A DNA stretch of 64,000 bases from the human T2T-CHM13v2.0 reference genome, Homo sapiens. The stretch is from NCBI RefSeq assembly GCF_009914755.1, contig NC_060927.1. One strand, written 5' to 3'. The notes under the pieces are model-generated. The model did no database searches. It was not told the DNA's origin and saw only the letters and a list, made by a program, of their open reading frames with translations. The position numbers and the translations under genes were made by a program. Below, in pieces: positions 17,449-29,870 of the stretch; positions within the stretch are counted from its first letter, which is position 1; the number at the start of each line of letters is the position of its first letter.

Positions 17449-17457
17449 CTGGTAAGC
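17449..17457 (+). promoter_or_regulatory. HERV-H major splice donor
   Basis: CTG|GTAAGC at the usual position downstream of the primer-binding site. Confidence 0.75.
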
Positions 17458-18090
17458 GGCCTCTTCTTACTCTCTTCTCCAACCTCCCTCACTATCCCTC
17501 AACCTCTTTCTCCTTTCAATCTTGGTGCCACACTTCAATCTCTCCCTTCTTTTAATTTCAATTCCCTTCATTTTCTGGTAGAGACAAAGGAGACACGTTT
17601 TATCCGTGGACCCAAAACTCCGGCGCCGGTCACGGACTGGGAAGGCAGCCTTCCCTTGGTGTTTAATCATTGCAGGGACGCCTCTCTGATTATTCACCCA
17701 GGTTTTAGAGGTGTCAGACCACGCAGGGACGCCTGCCTTAGTCCTTCACCCTTAGCGGCAAGTCCTGCTTTTCTAGGGGAGAGGCAAGTACCCCAACCCC
17801 TTCTCTCTGTGTCTCTACCCCTTCTCCACCTTTCTGGGGGGCAAGAAACCCGTAACCCCTTCTTCTTCACTCTTAGCGGCAAGTCCCGCTTTTCTAGAGG
17901 GGCAAGTACCCCAACTTCATATCTCTGCACCCCAATCCCTTATTTCCATGCCCCAACCTCTTATCTCTGTGCCCCAATCCCTTATTTCCACGCCCCAACC
18001 CCTTTCCTGCTTTTCTGGAAGGTAAGAACCCCCGAACCCCTTCCCTCTGTGTCTCTACTCTCTCTTTTCTCTAGGCTTGCTTCCTTCACT

Positions 18091-19282
18091 ATGGGCAACC
18101 TTCCACTCTCCATTCCTCCTTCTTCTCCCTTAGCCTGTGTCCTCAAAAACTTAAAACCTCTTCAACTCACACCTGACCTAAAATCTAAGCATCTTATTTT
18201 CTTCTGCAATACCGCTTGACCCCAATACAAACTCGACAGTAGTTCCAAACAGCCGGAAAACGGCACTTTCAATTTTTCCATCCTACAAGATCTAAATAAA
18301 TCTTGTCGTAAAGTGGGCAAATGGTCTGAGGTGCCTGACGTCCAGGCATTCTTTTACACGTCGGTCCCTCTCTAGTCTCTGTTCCCAAAGCAACTGTTCC
18401 CAAATCTTCCTTCTTTCCCTCCCACCTGTCCCCTCAGTCCCAACCCCAAGCGTCGCTGAGTCTTTCTAATCTTCCTTTTCTACAGACCCATCTGACCTCT
18501 CCCCTCCTCCCCAGGCTGCTCCTCGCCAGGCCGAGCTAGGTCCCAATTCTTCCTCAGCCTCCGCTCCTCCACCCTATAATCCTTTTATCACCTCCCCTCC
18601 TCACACCTGGTCCGGCTTACAGTTTCGTTCTGTGACTAGCCCTCCCCCACCTGCCCATCGGTGGCTGGAGCTAAAGGCATAGTCAAGGTTAATGCTTCTT
18701 TTTCTTTATCCCAAATCAGATAGCATTTAGGCTCTTTTTCATCAAATATAAAAATCCAGCCCAGTTCATGGCTCCTTTGGCAGCAACCCTGAGACACTTT
18801 ACAGCCCTAGACCCTAAAAGGTCAAAAGGCCGTCTTATTCTCAAAATACATTTTATTACCCAATCTGCTCCCAACATTAAATAAAACTCCAAAAATTAAA
18901 TTCCGGCCCTCAAACCCCACAACAGAATTTAATTAACCTCACCTTCAAGGTGTACAATAATAGAAAAAAGTTGCAATTCCTTGCCTTCACTGTGAGACAA
19001 ACCTCAGCCATGTCTCCAGCACACAAGAACTTCCAAACGCCTGAACCTCAGCGGCCAGGCATTCCTCCAGAACCTCCTCCCCCAGGAGCTTGCTACAAGT
19101 GCCAGAAATCCGGCCACCAGGCCAAGGAATGCCTGCAGCCCAGGATTCCTCCTAAGCCACGTCCCATCTGTGCGGGACCCCACTGGAAATTGGACTGTCC
19201 AACTCACCTGGCATCCACTCCCAGAGCCCCTGGAACTCTGGCCCAAGGCTCTCTGACTGCTTCACAGATCTTCTCGGCTTAG
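18091..19282 (+). pseudogene. gag: HERV-H gag remnant (matrix start; nucleocapsid zinc knuckle)
   Basis: MGNLP..PLACVL..FFCNTA* (TGA in place of W); CYKCQKSGHQAKEC CCHC knuckle and a degenerate second knuckle; stops and deletions between. Confidence 0.9.
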
Positions 19283-19339
19283 TGGCTGAAGACTAACGCT
19301 GCCCGATTGCCTCGGAAGCCCCCTAGACCATCACGGACG

Positions 19340-21500
19340 CCGAGCTTCGGGTAACTCTCACAGTGGAGGGTAAGTCTGTCCCCTTCTTAATCAATACTGA
19401 GGCTACTCACTCCACATTACCTTCTTTTCAAGGGCCTGTTTCCCTTGCCTCCATAACTGTTGTGGGTATTGACAGACAGGCTTCTAAACCTCTTAAAACT
19501 CCCCAACTCTGGTGCCAACTTAGACAATACTCTTTTAGGCACTCCTTTTAGTTATCCCCACCTGCCCAGTTCCCTTATTAGGCCGAGACACTTTAACTAA
19601 ATTATCTGCTTCCCTGACTATTCCTGGATTACAGCTATATCTCATTGCCTCCCTTCTTCCCAATCCAAAGCCTCCTTTGCATCCTCTTGTATTCCCCGAC
19701 CTTAACCCACAAGTATAAGATACGTCTACTCCCTCCTTGGCGACCGATCATGCACCCCTTACCATCTCATTAAAACCTAATCACCCTTACTCCACTCAAT
19801 GCCAATATCCCATCCCGCAGCATGCTTTGAAAGGATTAAAGCCTGTTATCACTTGCCTGTTACAGCAAGGCCTTTTAAAGCCTGTAAACTCTCCTTACAA
19901 TTCCCCCATTTTACCTGTCCAAAAACCGGACAAGTCTTACAGATTAGTTCAGGATCTGTGCCTTATCAACTAAATTGTTTTGCCTATCCATCCTGTGGTG
20001 CCCAACCCGTACACTCTTTTGTCCTCAATACCTTCCTCCACAACTCACTATTCCGTTCTCCATCTTAAAGATGCTTTTTTCACTATTCCCCTGCACCCCT
20101 CGTCCCAGCCTCTCTTTGCTTTCACTTAGACTGACACTGACACCCATCAGTTCAGCAAGTCACCTGGGCTGTACTGCCGCAAGGCTTCACAGACAGCCCC
20201 CATTACTTCAGTCAAGCCCAAATTTCATCCTCATCTGTTACCTATCTCGGCATAATTCTCATAAAAACACACGTGCTTTCGCTGCTGATCGTGTCCAATT
20301 AATCTCCCAAACCTCAATCCCTTACAAAACAACAACTCCTTTCCTTCCTAGGCATAGTTAGTGCGGTCAGAATTCTTACACAAGAGCCAGGACTGCACCC
20401 TGTAGCCTTTCTGTGCAAACAACTTGACCTTACTGTTTTAGCCTAGCCCTCATGTCTGCGTGCAGTGGCTGTCGCTGCTTTAATACTTTTAGAGGCCCTA
20501 AAAATCACAAACTATGCTCAACTCACTCCCCACATTTCTCATAACTTCCAAAATCTATTTTCTTCCTCATACCTGAAGCATATACTTTCTGCTCCCCGGC
20601 TCCTTCAGCTGTACTCACTCTTTGCTAAGTCCCACAATTACCACTGTTCCTGGACTAGACTTCAATCCGGCCTCCCACATTATTCCTGATACCACACCTG
20701 ACCCCCATGACTGTATCTCTCTGATCCACCTGACATTCACCCCATTTCCCCAAATTTCCTTCTTTCCTGTTCCTCACCCTGATCATGCTTGATTTATTGA
20801 TGGCGGTTCCACCAGGCCTAATCGCCACACACCAGCAAAGGCAGGTTATGCTATAGTACAAGCCACTAGCCCGCCTCCTAGAACCTCTCATTTCCTTTCC
20901 ATCGTGGAAATCTATCCTCAAGGAAATAACTTCTCAGTGTTCCATCTGCTATTCTACTACTCATCAGGGATTATTCAGGCCCCCTCCCTTCCCTACACAT
21001 CAAGCTCGAGGATTTGCCCCACCCAGGACTGGCAAATTAGCTTTACTCAACATGCCCCGAGTCAGATAACTAAAATACCTCTTAGTCTAGGTAGACACTT
21101 TCACTGGATAGGTAGAGTCCTTTCCTACAGGGTCTGAGAAGGCCACCGCAGTCATTTCTTCCCTTCTGTCAGACATAATTCCCCAGTTTAGCCTTCCCAC
21201 CTCAATACAGTCTGATAACAGATGAGCCTTTATTAGTCAAATCAGCCAAGCAGTTTTTCAGGCTCTTAGTATTCAGTGAAACCTTTATATCCCTTATGGT
21301 CCTCCGTCTTCAAGAAAAGTAGAATGGACTAAAGGTCTTTTAAAAACACACCTCACCATGCTCAGCCACCAACTTGAAAAGGACTGGACAATACTTTTAC
21401 CACTTTCCCTTCTCAGAAGTCAGACCTGTCGTCAGAATGCTACAAGGTACAGCCCATTTGAGCTCCTGTATAGACGCTCCTTTTTATTACGCCCCAGTCT
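19340..21500 (+). pseudogene. pol: HERV-H pro-pol remnant (protease, RT, RNase H and integrase fragments)
   Basis: VEGKSVPFLINTEATHS (catalytic DTG degraded to NTE); SPYNSPILPVQKPDKSYRLVQDL RT start; integrase-like region near 21100-21400; many stops and frameshifts. Confidence 0.9.
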
Positions 21501-22108
21501 CATTCCAGACACCAGACCAACTTAGACTGTGCCCCCCAAAAACTTGTCATCCCTACTGTCTTCTGTCTAGTCATACTCCTATTCACCGTTCTCAACTACT
21601 CATACATGCCCTGCTCTTGTTTACACTGCCGGTTTACCGTGTTTTTCCAAGCCATCACAGCTGATATCTCCTGGTGCTATCCCCAAACTACCACTCTTAA
21701 CTCTTGAAGTAAATAAATAATCTTTGCTGGCAGGACTACGCTGAATCTCCTTAGGCACTCTAATTAGATGTCCTAGGTCCTCCCAATTCTTAGACCTTTA
21801 ATACCTGTTTTTCTCCTTCTGTTATTCCATTTAGTTTTTCAGTTCATACAAAACCGTATCCAGGCCATCACCAATAATTCTAAATGACAAATGTTTCTTC
21901 TAACAACCCCACAATATCACCCCTTACCACAAAATCTTCCTTCAGCTTAATCTCTCCCAATCTAGGCTCCCACGCCGCCCCTAATCCCGCTCGAAGCAGC
22001 CCTGAGAAACATCACCAATTATCTCTCCATACCACCCCCCAAAATTTTCGCCGCCCCAACACTTTACCACTATTTCATTTTATTTTTCTTTTTAATATAA
22101 GACAGGAA

Positions 22109-22519
22109 TATCAGGCCTGTGAGCCCAAGCTAAGCCATCATATCCCCTGTGACCTGCACGTACACATCCAGATGGCCGGTTCCTGCCTTAACTGATGACA
22201 TTCCACCACAAAAGAAGTGAAAATGGCCTGTTCCTCCCTTAACTGATGACATTGTCTTGTGAAATTCCTTCTCCTGGCCCATCCTGGCTCAAAAGCTCCC
22301 CCACTGAATACCTTGTGACCCCCACTCCTGCCCACCAGAGAACAATCCCCTTTGACTGTAATTTTCCTTTATCTACCCAAATCCCATAAAACAGCCCCAC
22401 CCCTATCTCCCTTTGCTGACTCTCTTTTCGGACTCAGCCCGCCTGCACCCAGGTGATTAAAAGCTTTATTGCTCACACAAAGCCTGTTTGGTGGTCTCTT
22501 CACACGGAAGGGCATGAAA
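22109..22519 (+). mobile_element. HERV-H 3' LTR (LTR7)
   Basis: About 95% identical to the 5' LTR; begins TA instead of TG; TATA changed to CATAAAA (22385-22391); ATTAAA retained (22456-22461). Confidence 0.97.
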
Positions 22520-24248
22520 TCTCCCACTGTCCTCCAAATTTTCATCAGTGGAGCAAGTCCCTAGGGGTGTTGGATGACACCCCCGCAAGCCTGTGGCTTC
22601 AATTCTTGGGTTGTGGTCTTCTGGTGACTTTAAGTGTAAACACAGTCTGAATTTGGAAACTATAATGTCCTGTCCAAGATACCAGACAAAATCCTGGGCC
22701 TGATGTATCAGCTAATTGTTTCCCTGGTGGAGTCTGGGTCCACTTCAGACTGGAGGCCTTGAATGAGTCAAGGGGTGAACTGAAAGGGGCAAGGTCCTTC
22801 CTCTGTTTGCTCCCTCTCTGCTTGCTTTTTCACCCACTCACTAGTTGTTTTCAGGTTTTATTCTCTGTAGGAATCTTATTAGGAAAAGGAGGAAAGACAA
22901 AAGGATAGGACATTTCATACTTGGTGGGTGGTTTTCTTATCTATGGAACTGACAGACAAGTAAAGGTGCTACCCCTAAGTGGCCTGGCAGATAAGAGCCA
23001 GATCTTTCTCTTAGCGAAGGTTTTGTGACTTCTGTGGAGATTCTTTCGTGGGTCTCTCTCTTAAATCACCTTGAAGCCTGCTTTTTGATGGCTGTTTGTA
23101 ATTCCTTTATCAGCACCTGGCCATCAGCAGTTACATATCCAGTGGTTTTTCACTGAGGTCTCCTTGCCCCTCCAGGCAACACCATCAGACAGGAGCAAGA
23201 AGGCCCTTTGTGAGCTTTCTCTCATGTGACCTTTATCTGACTTTGGAAAGCCTCAGCTACCTTACTTAGTATGAGGTGACAGATTCCAATGCAGAAGCCT
23301 TCTCCAGGCTCTATCACCACAGCCAGGCCTGCTTTACCCTTCAGATTTTCTAGTTACAACTTGATAAAGCTTTCTCAAAACCGAGGCAAGCAAAGTGCTT
23401 TATATCTCCCGATTACTGGAAGCAAATTTCTGAGGTCTTTCAGTTATTTCCTTGAAACCTCTCTCGCTATATTTAAAGGGAGAGGTTGACAGCCTTCCAC
23501 CATAAATGGGTAGGGCGGAGATTTACAGCATAACAACCTATTCCCAAAAAGAAGTCTCTGCAGATCCCCTGACCATACCCTCTTATAGACTAGGCGTCAT
23601 TTTATGTATAAAACTGCATTGATGGGAAGGGGTTTGATTTATGCTTGAGTAACTGATGTTATTTTATCAGCCCCTCAGTCAAAAATGAGATAGGAAACAT
23701 GTCATTCTAATTTCCTGTGTTACCTGACCAAGTGTCACAGTCACAATGTTTTAATGACTCTACAATTTCCCCACGCTTAAAATGAGGATTAAGTGAGGTT
23801 GTAGGATACTAATGGTACTTAATTCAGATGGTTATTGCGAGTATTAAAGGAATTAAAACAGTAGAGGCTGAACACATATCTGGCTTGTCATAGAACTCAG
23901 TAAGTATTAGTTGTATTGAGTTATCTTTCAAAAATCAACTCAACTCACATTTTCCTAATTAGCTTTTCTTAATTTTTCCTTTCAGTGTTAAGCATACTCT
24001 CCTCAGTGTTCTCAAAGAATATTAGATGAGTTCTTTTTTGTTTTTAAAATTTATGTATCAAATTCCTACAAATCATTGGAGTGTATTTGTCTGTCTTCCC
24101 CCTTTAACCTCTCAAGCCAGGAACTGTGATCTATTTATTTTTGTTTCTCAAGCATTTATCACGTTTGAGGAGTGAGCAAATGGACAGGTCTGATTAGATG
24201 GCTAGACACTCGAGAACAGATAAATCAATTTGCTTAAGAGTGTCCATA

Positions 24249-24369
24249 AGGATGAGCCAGAAGAATCACTTAAACCCGGGAGGCGGAGGTTGCAGTGAGC
24301 TGAGATCATGCCACTGCACTCCAGCCTGGGTGACAGAGCAAGACTCTGTCTCCAAAAAAATAAAAAAAA
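24249..24369 (+). mobile_element. 5'-truncated Alu (right arm only)
   Basis: Perfect 14-bp TSD TAAGAGTGTCCATA at 24235-24248 and 24370-24383. Confidence 0.93.
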
Positions 24370-25138
24370 TAAGAGTGTCCATAGATGGTCAACTTTGCTG
24401 AGGTAGATGAATGAATGAGTAAAGCTTGCAAAGCAAACAAATCTCTGAAAGCTTTCAAAAAGCACAGAAATATGCACAGTTTACACATAGCTGTGCCAAT
24501 ATTTTCCTATTAAAGCCATAAGTATTTGTAACAAAAACAAACTAAGAAAGCATTGGATCCTGCTAGATGTTTAGTGGTACTGGGCTGTGTTAAGAAAAAA
24601 AAGCAAATATCTTTATAATTATTCCATTTGAGTAATTTACTGACGGAATGTTGTTCTAAAAAATGATGGCCAATGGCTTCCTATTGCTTGTAGATGATTC
24701 TAGCTGTTCATCATTCTTTAGGCCTCAAAGAGAAAAAATAGATATTTATAACTGATTAAATTAGCTAGATGATGAAACTGTCGAGTATTAATACTGAAAA
24801 ATGTAATAAAATTAGAAATAATTCTTATTTATATAAAGTTAAATATAATATTACATTATTTTTTCTTTTCATTTATATGTTTTAGTAGTAAATACATTCT
24901 TTAAAAATAATATGATATTGACTGGGACTAAAAGGCACCCATACAGAAAGAAAATTGATTTCTTTGGCATTTAAAAACTATTAAGTTATTTTTCAAATGG
25001 AAACTTTCAATAGTTACAGAAGGTAGCAGATGAAAGTCATTAGTAATCATCAAGAGAAAATAATAGTGAAGTTTTTTCCTTCTTTGTTTTCTCCTTTTAA
25101 GTCAAAATCTTCCATTTGTTTAGTTACATAAAATCTGA

Positions 25139-25489
<351 letters not shown>

Positions 25490-27606
25490 TAAAATTAACT
25501 TAGCTGTCATAATTCTCCTTGGATTCCTCTGCATAGCATAGTTTTAGCAACAGATGTGGAAATTATGCTGGACCTTTGGATATGTCATCATTTTCCTGCC
25601 TACTTCAGTTCTATAAGATAAGCTGTCCTGGAAAAGTTTAGATGGCACTATGGGGAATGAAGACCTGGATCTGACTCATTCTTCTTTCAATGTGCTATTG
25701 AACTTTGGGCAAGTTATTCAACCTCGGCTTTAGTTATAAAATGGTACCTCTGTTTAGCTATTGGTAAATTGGAGATGAGTACTTTTACTTTCCAGGGTTA
25801 TTTTGAAGCTCAACAAAGTCAACTTTTATTAAATGCCTTAGAAGTTTCTACCTGCCCTATTTTTTTCTTGCAAAGACCAGAAACTATTTTAAATAAAGGA
25901 TAATAGTCTTCATGGTTGGATGGGGGTGGGCCTACTGTCTTCTGTTCTCAATTTGGGACATATTAATATTGTCTAGTCCAGCTTAGAGGGAATTAGCTCT
26001 TAATTCACCAGGTAAAGCCATACTTATTTTGGTCTATGAAAACTTGAAGCATAGAGAATGTATTTAATTCATTCACAGTTTGGCTAGATATTTAATTCTG
26101 AAGTATATGCAGAACAATGTTCCTCTTCATACAAAAGCAGCTTTTCCTAAGGAATTAGCAGCTGGCCAAGGTACTAAGTCGGTTCTATTGAACACAGCTC
26201 TGGGCCCTTGAATGGCCCTTGTCAAGGTCCTCAGACACTGCGGGTTTATATGATGCAGATCATCAATGGTCGCCTTTAAAGAATGGTGTCCATAATGTAT
26301 CCTCACTCCCTTTCTGCTTTCCTGATGCATCTTCCTTAGGCTTTCTTCTTCAAAACTCTTGTTCAGTTTCTTGTCCTTCATGGGCTTAATGACTAATCAT
26401 AAAGAATTTAATGGCCCAATCACATGGAACTCCATGACTTAGCAACATAAAATACACTTTACGCCCTCATCCAACGGATGGGGGTCAAATTCGTACAAAC
26501 ACAACTGCTGCACTTTTCTAGCTGGAGAAAAGGTAGAGTGATTTATTTCCTTCTTGATACATGATCAGTTGGCAACTAGGCTTCTTGGTAAAGCAGCTTA
26601 AATACATTAAGTATATAAATTCCCCAAACACAACAGAGTTTCTCTGCCTTATGATACCACCAGCACTTGCCTGGATTTCTGAGTTGGGAAATAAGGTACC
26701 ATACTCAGGCCTCACAGAGAACAGAGCTGGAATGCCAGGTATGGAAGAGTTTAACTCTCCGAGGCCACACCATTTTTTCCATTGCTTCTTCTCCTTGCAT
26801 AAGTTTGTCCATTCCCCTCTCTTTGCTCTCCAGCTTCCTCTGCATGTTCATCTTGTACTTAATCCAGTATGACTGTGATCCCTTGCTATACATCATGATT
26901 TCTTAGATCCAGCACCTACTGGCGACAGTCTCTGGGTCTCTTAGATCAGAAAGACAATCAGCTTGGCCCAGATTAGTGGTTCTATTTCCCACTCCCTGAA
27001 AATTCCATTAAGATAACTTGTTGGTCACCAAAACAATCTCTTGATAAAGCAAATCAGAGTTTATTGCTTGCTGTAATACGGGAGTACAATGTCTTGACCA
27101 TCTCAGTAGCATCTTACAAGGATGTGATGGATTTCAGGCATGAATTTGAGGATTTGGAGGTCTACTTTAAGGTGAGTCTTTCTGCTGGAATCAACTTTGG
27201 ATTGGACAAGTTAGTGAAAGAAAAGTTTATGGCTGGTCAACACAAGAAAGTGAGGGTTTCTCAGAGTCTTAAAGAGTAAACAGTCTTTTGATGAGCCTAA
27301 AGTTGTCACTAAAGTGACACTAAAGTGACCTATTGTCCTATGAACAGGTAAGGAGAGCTAGAGGAGTAGTCTGTTGTTCAGATAAATGGTTTCTGGAGGA
27401 AGTTCTTAAAACAGACAATAAAGTCAGTTGGAACTTCTTCCTGGGCTAGAGTTTTCTAAAGTTCTGTTAATTTACTCAGTGAGCTATATGTTTCAGATTG
27501 TTTCTTTTCTCAATTCGCAATGCCATCTCTTATTAAAATTGTGTGGCAGAGGGAGGACACATATTGTGATTTACCCCATTTCAGGACATGAATTTTTTAT
27601 CTTTAG

Positions 27607-27932
<326 letters not shown>

Positions 27933-28766
27933 CAGACAAGGCAGCAACCCAATGGCCTAGATCAACGTTTAAAGCCAGGCCACATAACGCAATGGTGTTT
28001 TGTGTGTGTTTGATCAGTTATCCATCTGTAATGGTGGTGGCAAGGGCCAGATAAGGCATGTAATATATAAGATGACTCCTTCTAGGGGCTGTGGGAGTAG
28101 CAGGAAACTGAAAACGTGTCTATCACAGGTATTCATTGTCTCTAGGGAGTGCCTGGTCTGAGATGAATCACAGTATGTGCTCTCCACCCACATTTTTAAT
28201 ACAGGTGTTAAAAGGCCAACACCCTTGGAAATCACAGGGCTTAAAATTGCCAGTATGTGCGTACTCTGTCTAGAGCTTGTGTAGGCTGAATACACCAGGT
28301 GCCATGGCTGCTGTTGATGACTAGAAGTGGGTGGAGGCAGCAAAGGGGATCTTGTTGTTCCTGGGCCATGGTCCAGAGTCTCCAAAGAACAGACAGTGAA
28401 AAGATTATGAATCAGCTAATTGGTGTGGCAGTGTCAAATTATGGTCAGGAAAAGGCTGTTGGAAATATCAGGGAAATGCAGAAGTGGGAGAAGGCTGGAG
28501 GCCTGTTAGTGCAGAAAAGGGCCTGGCAGGAATTTAAATTAGTATACTACAGTGTTCTTGGTTGGGGAGGCAAAGCCTGGTAGGAACTGAAAGTGAGGTC
28601 CTAGGGAGAACACAAGGAATAATCTAGTCACATATTAGCAGAGAAGAAAAGGATCCAGTCCAGGTATAGCTGTTGGTCGTGCTTTGGTCTCAGGCTACTT
28701 GAAAAAAGCAGAACTGTAAGTATTATATGCAGTGACCAACCACAACAAGCAGAGAATTCAGGATTA

Positions 28767-29156
<390 letters not shown>

Positions 29157-29713
29157 TCAAATGAAAAAGACATACCTAGAGAAACATTGTTCTCAAGGAG
29201 GAATCTAATGGGACCAAATCCATGGATTTAGTACTTATGGGCTAGGAGGAAAATTAGAACCAAAGATGAGCAGCCATAGATCGACCCTTCCAAAAACATT
29301 ATGCAAATACTACTGTGTCAAGATCGTGGAGACACAACTATTTCATATACTGCCAGTTTATAAAATCCCCTCGAAGAGGATTATGGCCTCATTTACTAAA
29401 TCAGAAAATGACCCAGCAATTTCACTTCTAGGTATAACTTCTAGATAAATGTTTACATGTGTACATAAGAAGGCATTTACAAGTATGCTCATTGAAATGT
29501 TGATTGGAAACCAAAACATTAGAAATAGTTATATTAGTTACAGAATAACTAAATTTACTGAGTTTTATTTAAATAAGAGAATACATATGTCCGTTAAATA
29601 AATAACTATAAGAATTGACATGTATAGATAATAAGTGAAAAAGCAAGTAGAAAAAGGATACATTCAGTATGGCAAAATTTATATATACACATACACAAAT
29701 ATATAGATTAGTA

Positions 29714-29870
29714 GCTGGGTGTCATGGCTACATGTCAAATCTGTATTTCCAGCTATTTGGGAGAACTACTTGAGACCAGGAGTTCAATGCTGTGGTGTGT
29801 TATGATCATGCCAGCGAATAGCCACCGCACTCCAGCTGGGGCAACATAGCATGACCTTTACTCTAAAAAA
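29714..29870 (+). mobile_element. Alu monomer (FRAM/FAM-like)
   Basis: Diverged single arm ending CACTCCAGCTGGGGCAACATAGC...CTAAAAAA. Confidence 0.7.

Larger units (their letters stand above)
17320..18219 (+). other. HERV-H leader ORF (ESRG-like), 299 codons from ATG, in frame with the gag start; translation unproven
   Basis: ORF track 17275-18219; peptide VLRPTSPRNISPISN...PKTPAPVTDWEGSLPLVFNHCRDASL matches recalled ESRG; runs into gag MGNLP at 18091. Confidence 0.6.
16916..22519 (+). mobile_element. HERV-H provirus, 5.6-kb deleted type (LTR7-gag-pro-pol-env remnant-LTR7)
   Basis: Two ~410-bp LTRs, 5-bp TSD TCTCC (16911-16915, 22520-22524), tRNA-His primer-binding site, gag/pro/pol remnants, polypurine tract before the 3' LTR. 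Confidence 0.98.

Noticed and set aside
18950-21664. Replication-competent or protein-coding HERV-H gag/pol/env
   Set aside because: Protease motif degraded to NTE, multiple stops, frameshifts and deletions; env is only a remnant.
22750-23620. Possible very old LTR (LTR78-like) next to the provirus
   Set aside because: Resemblance too faint to set boundaries or family without a Dfam search.
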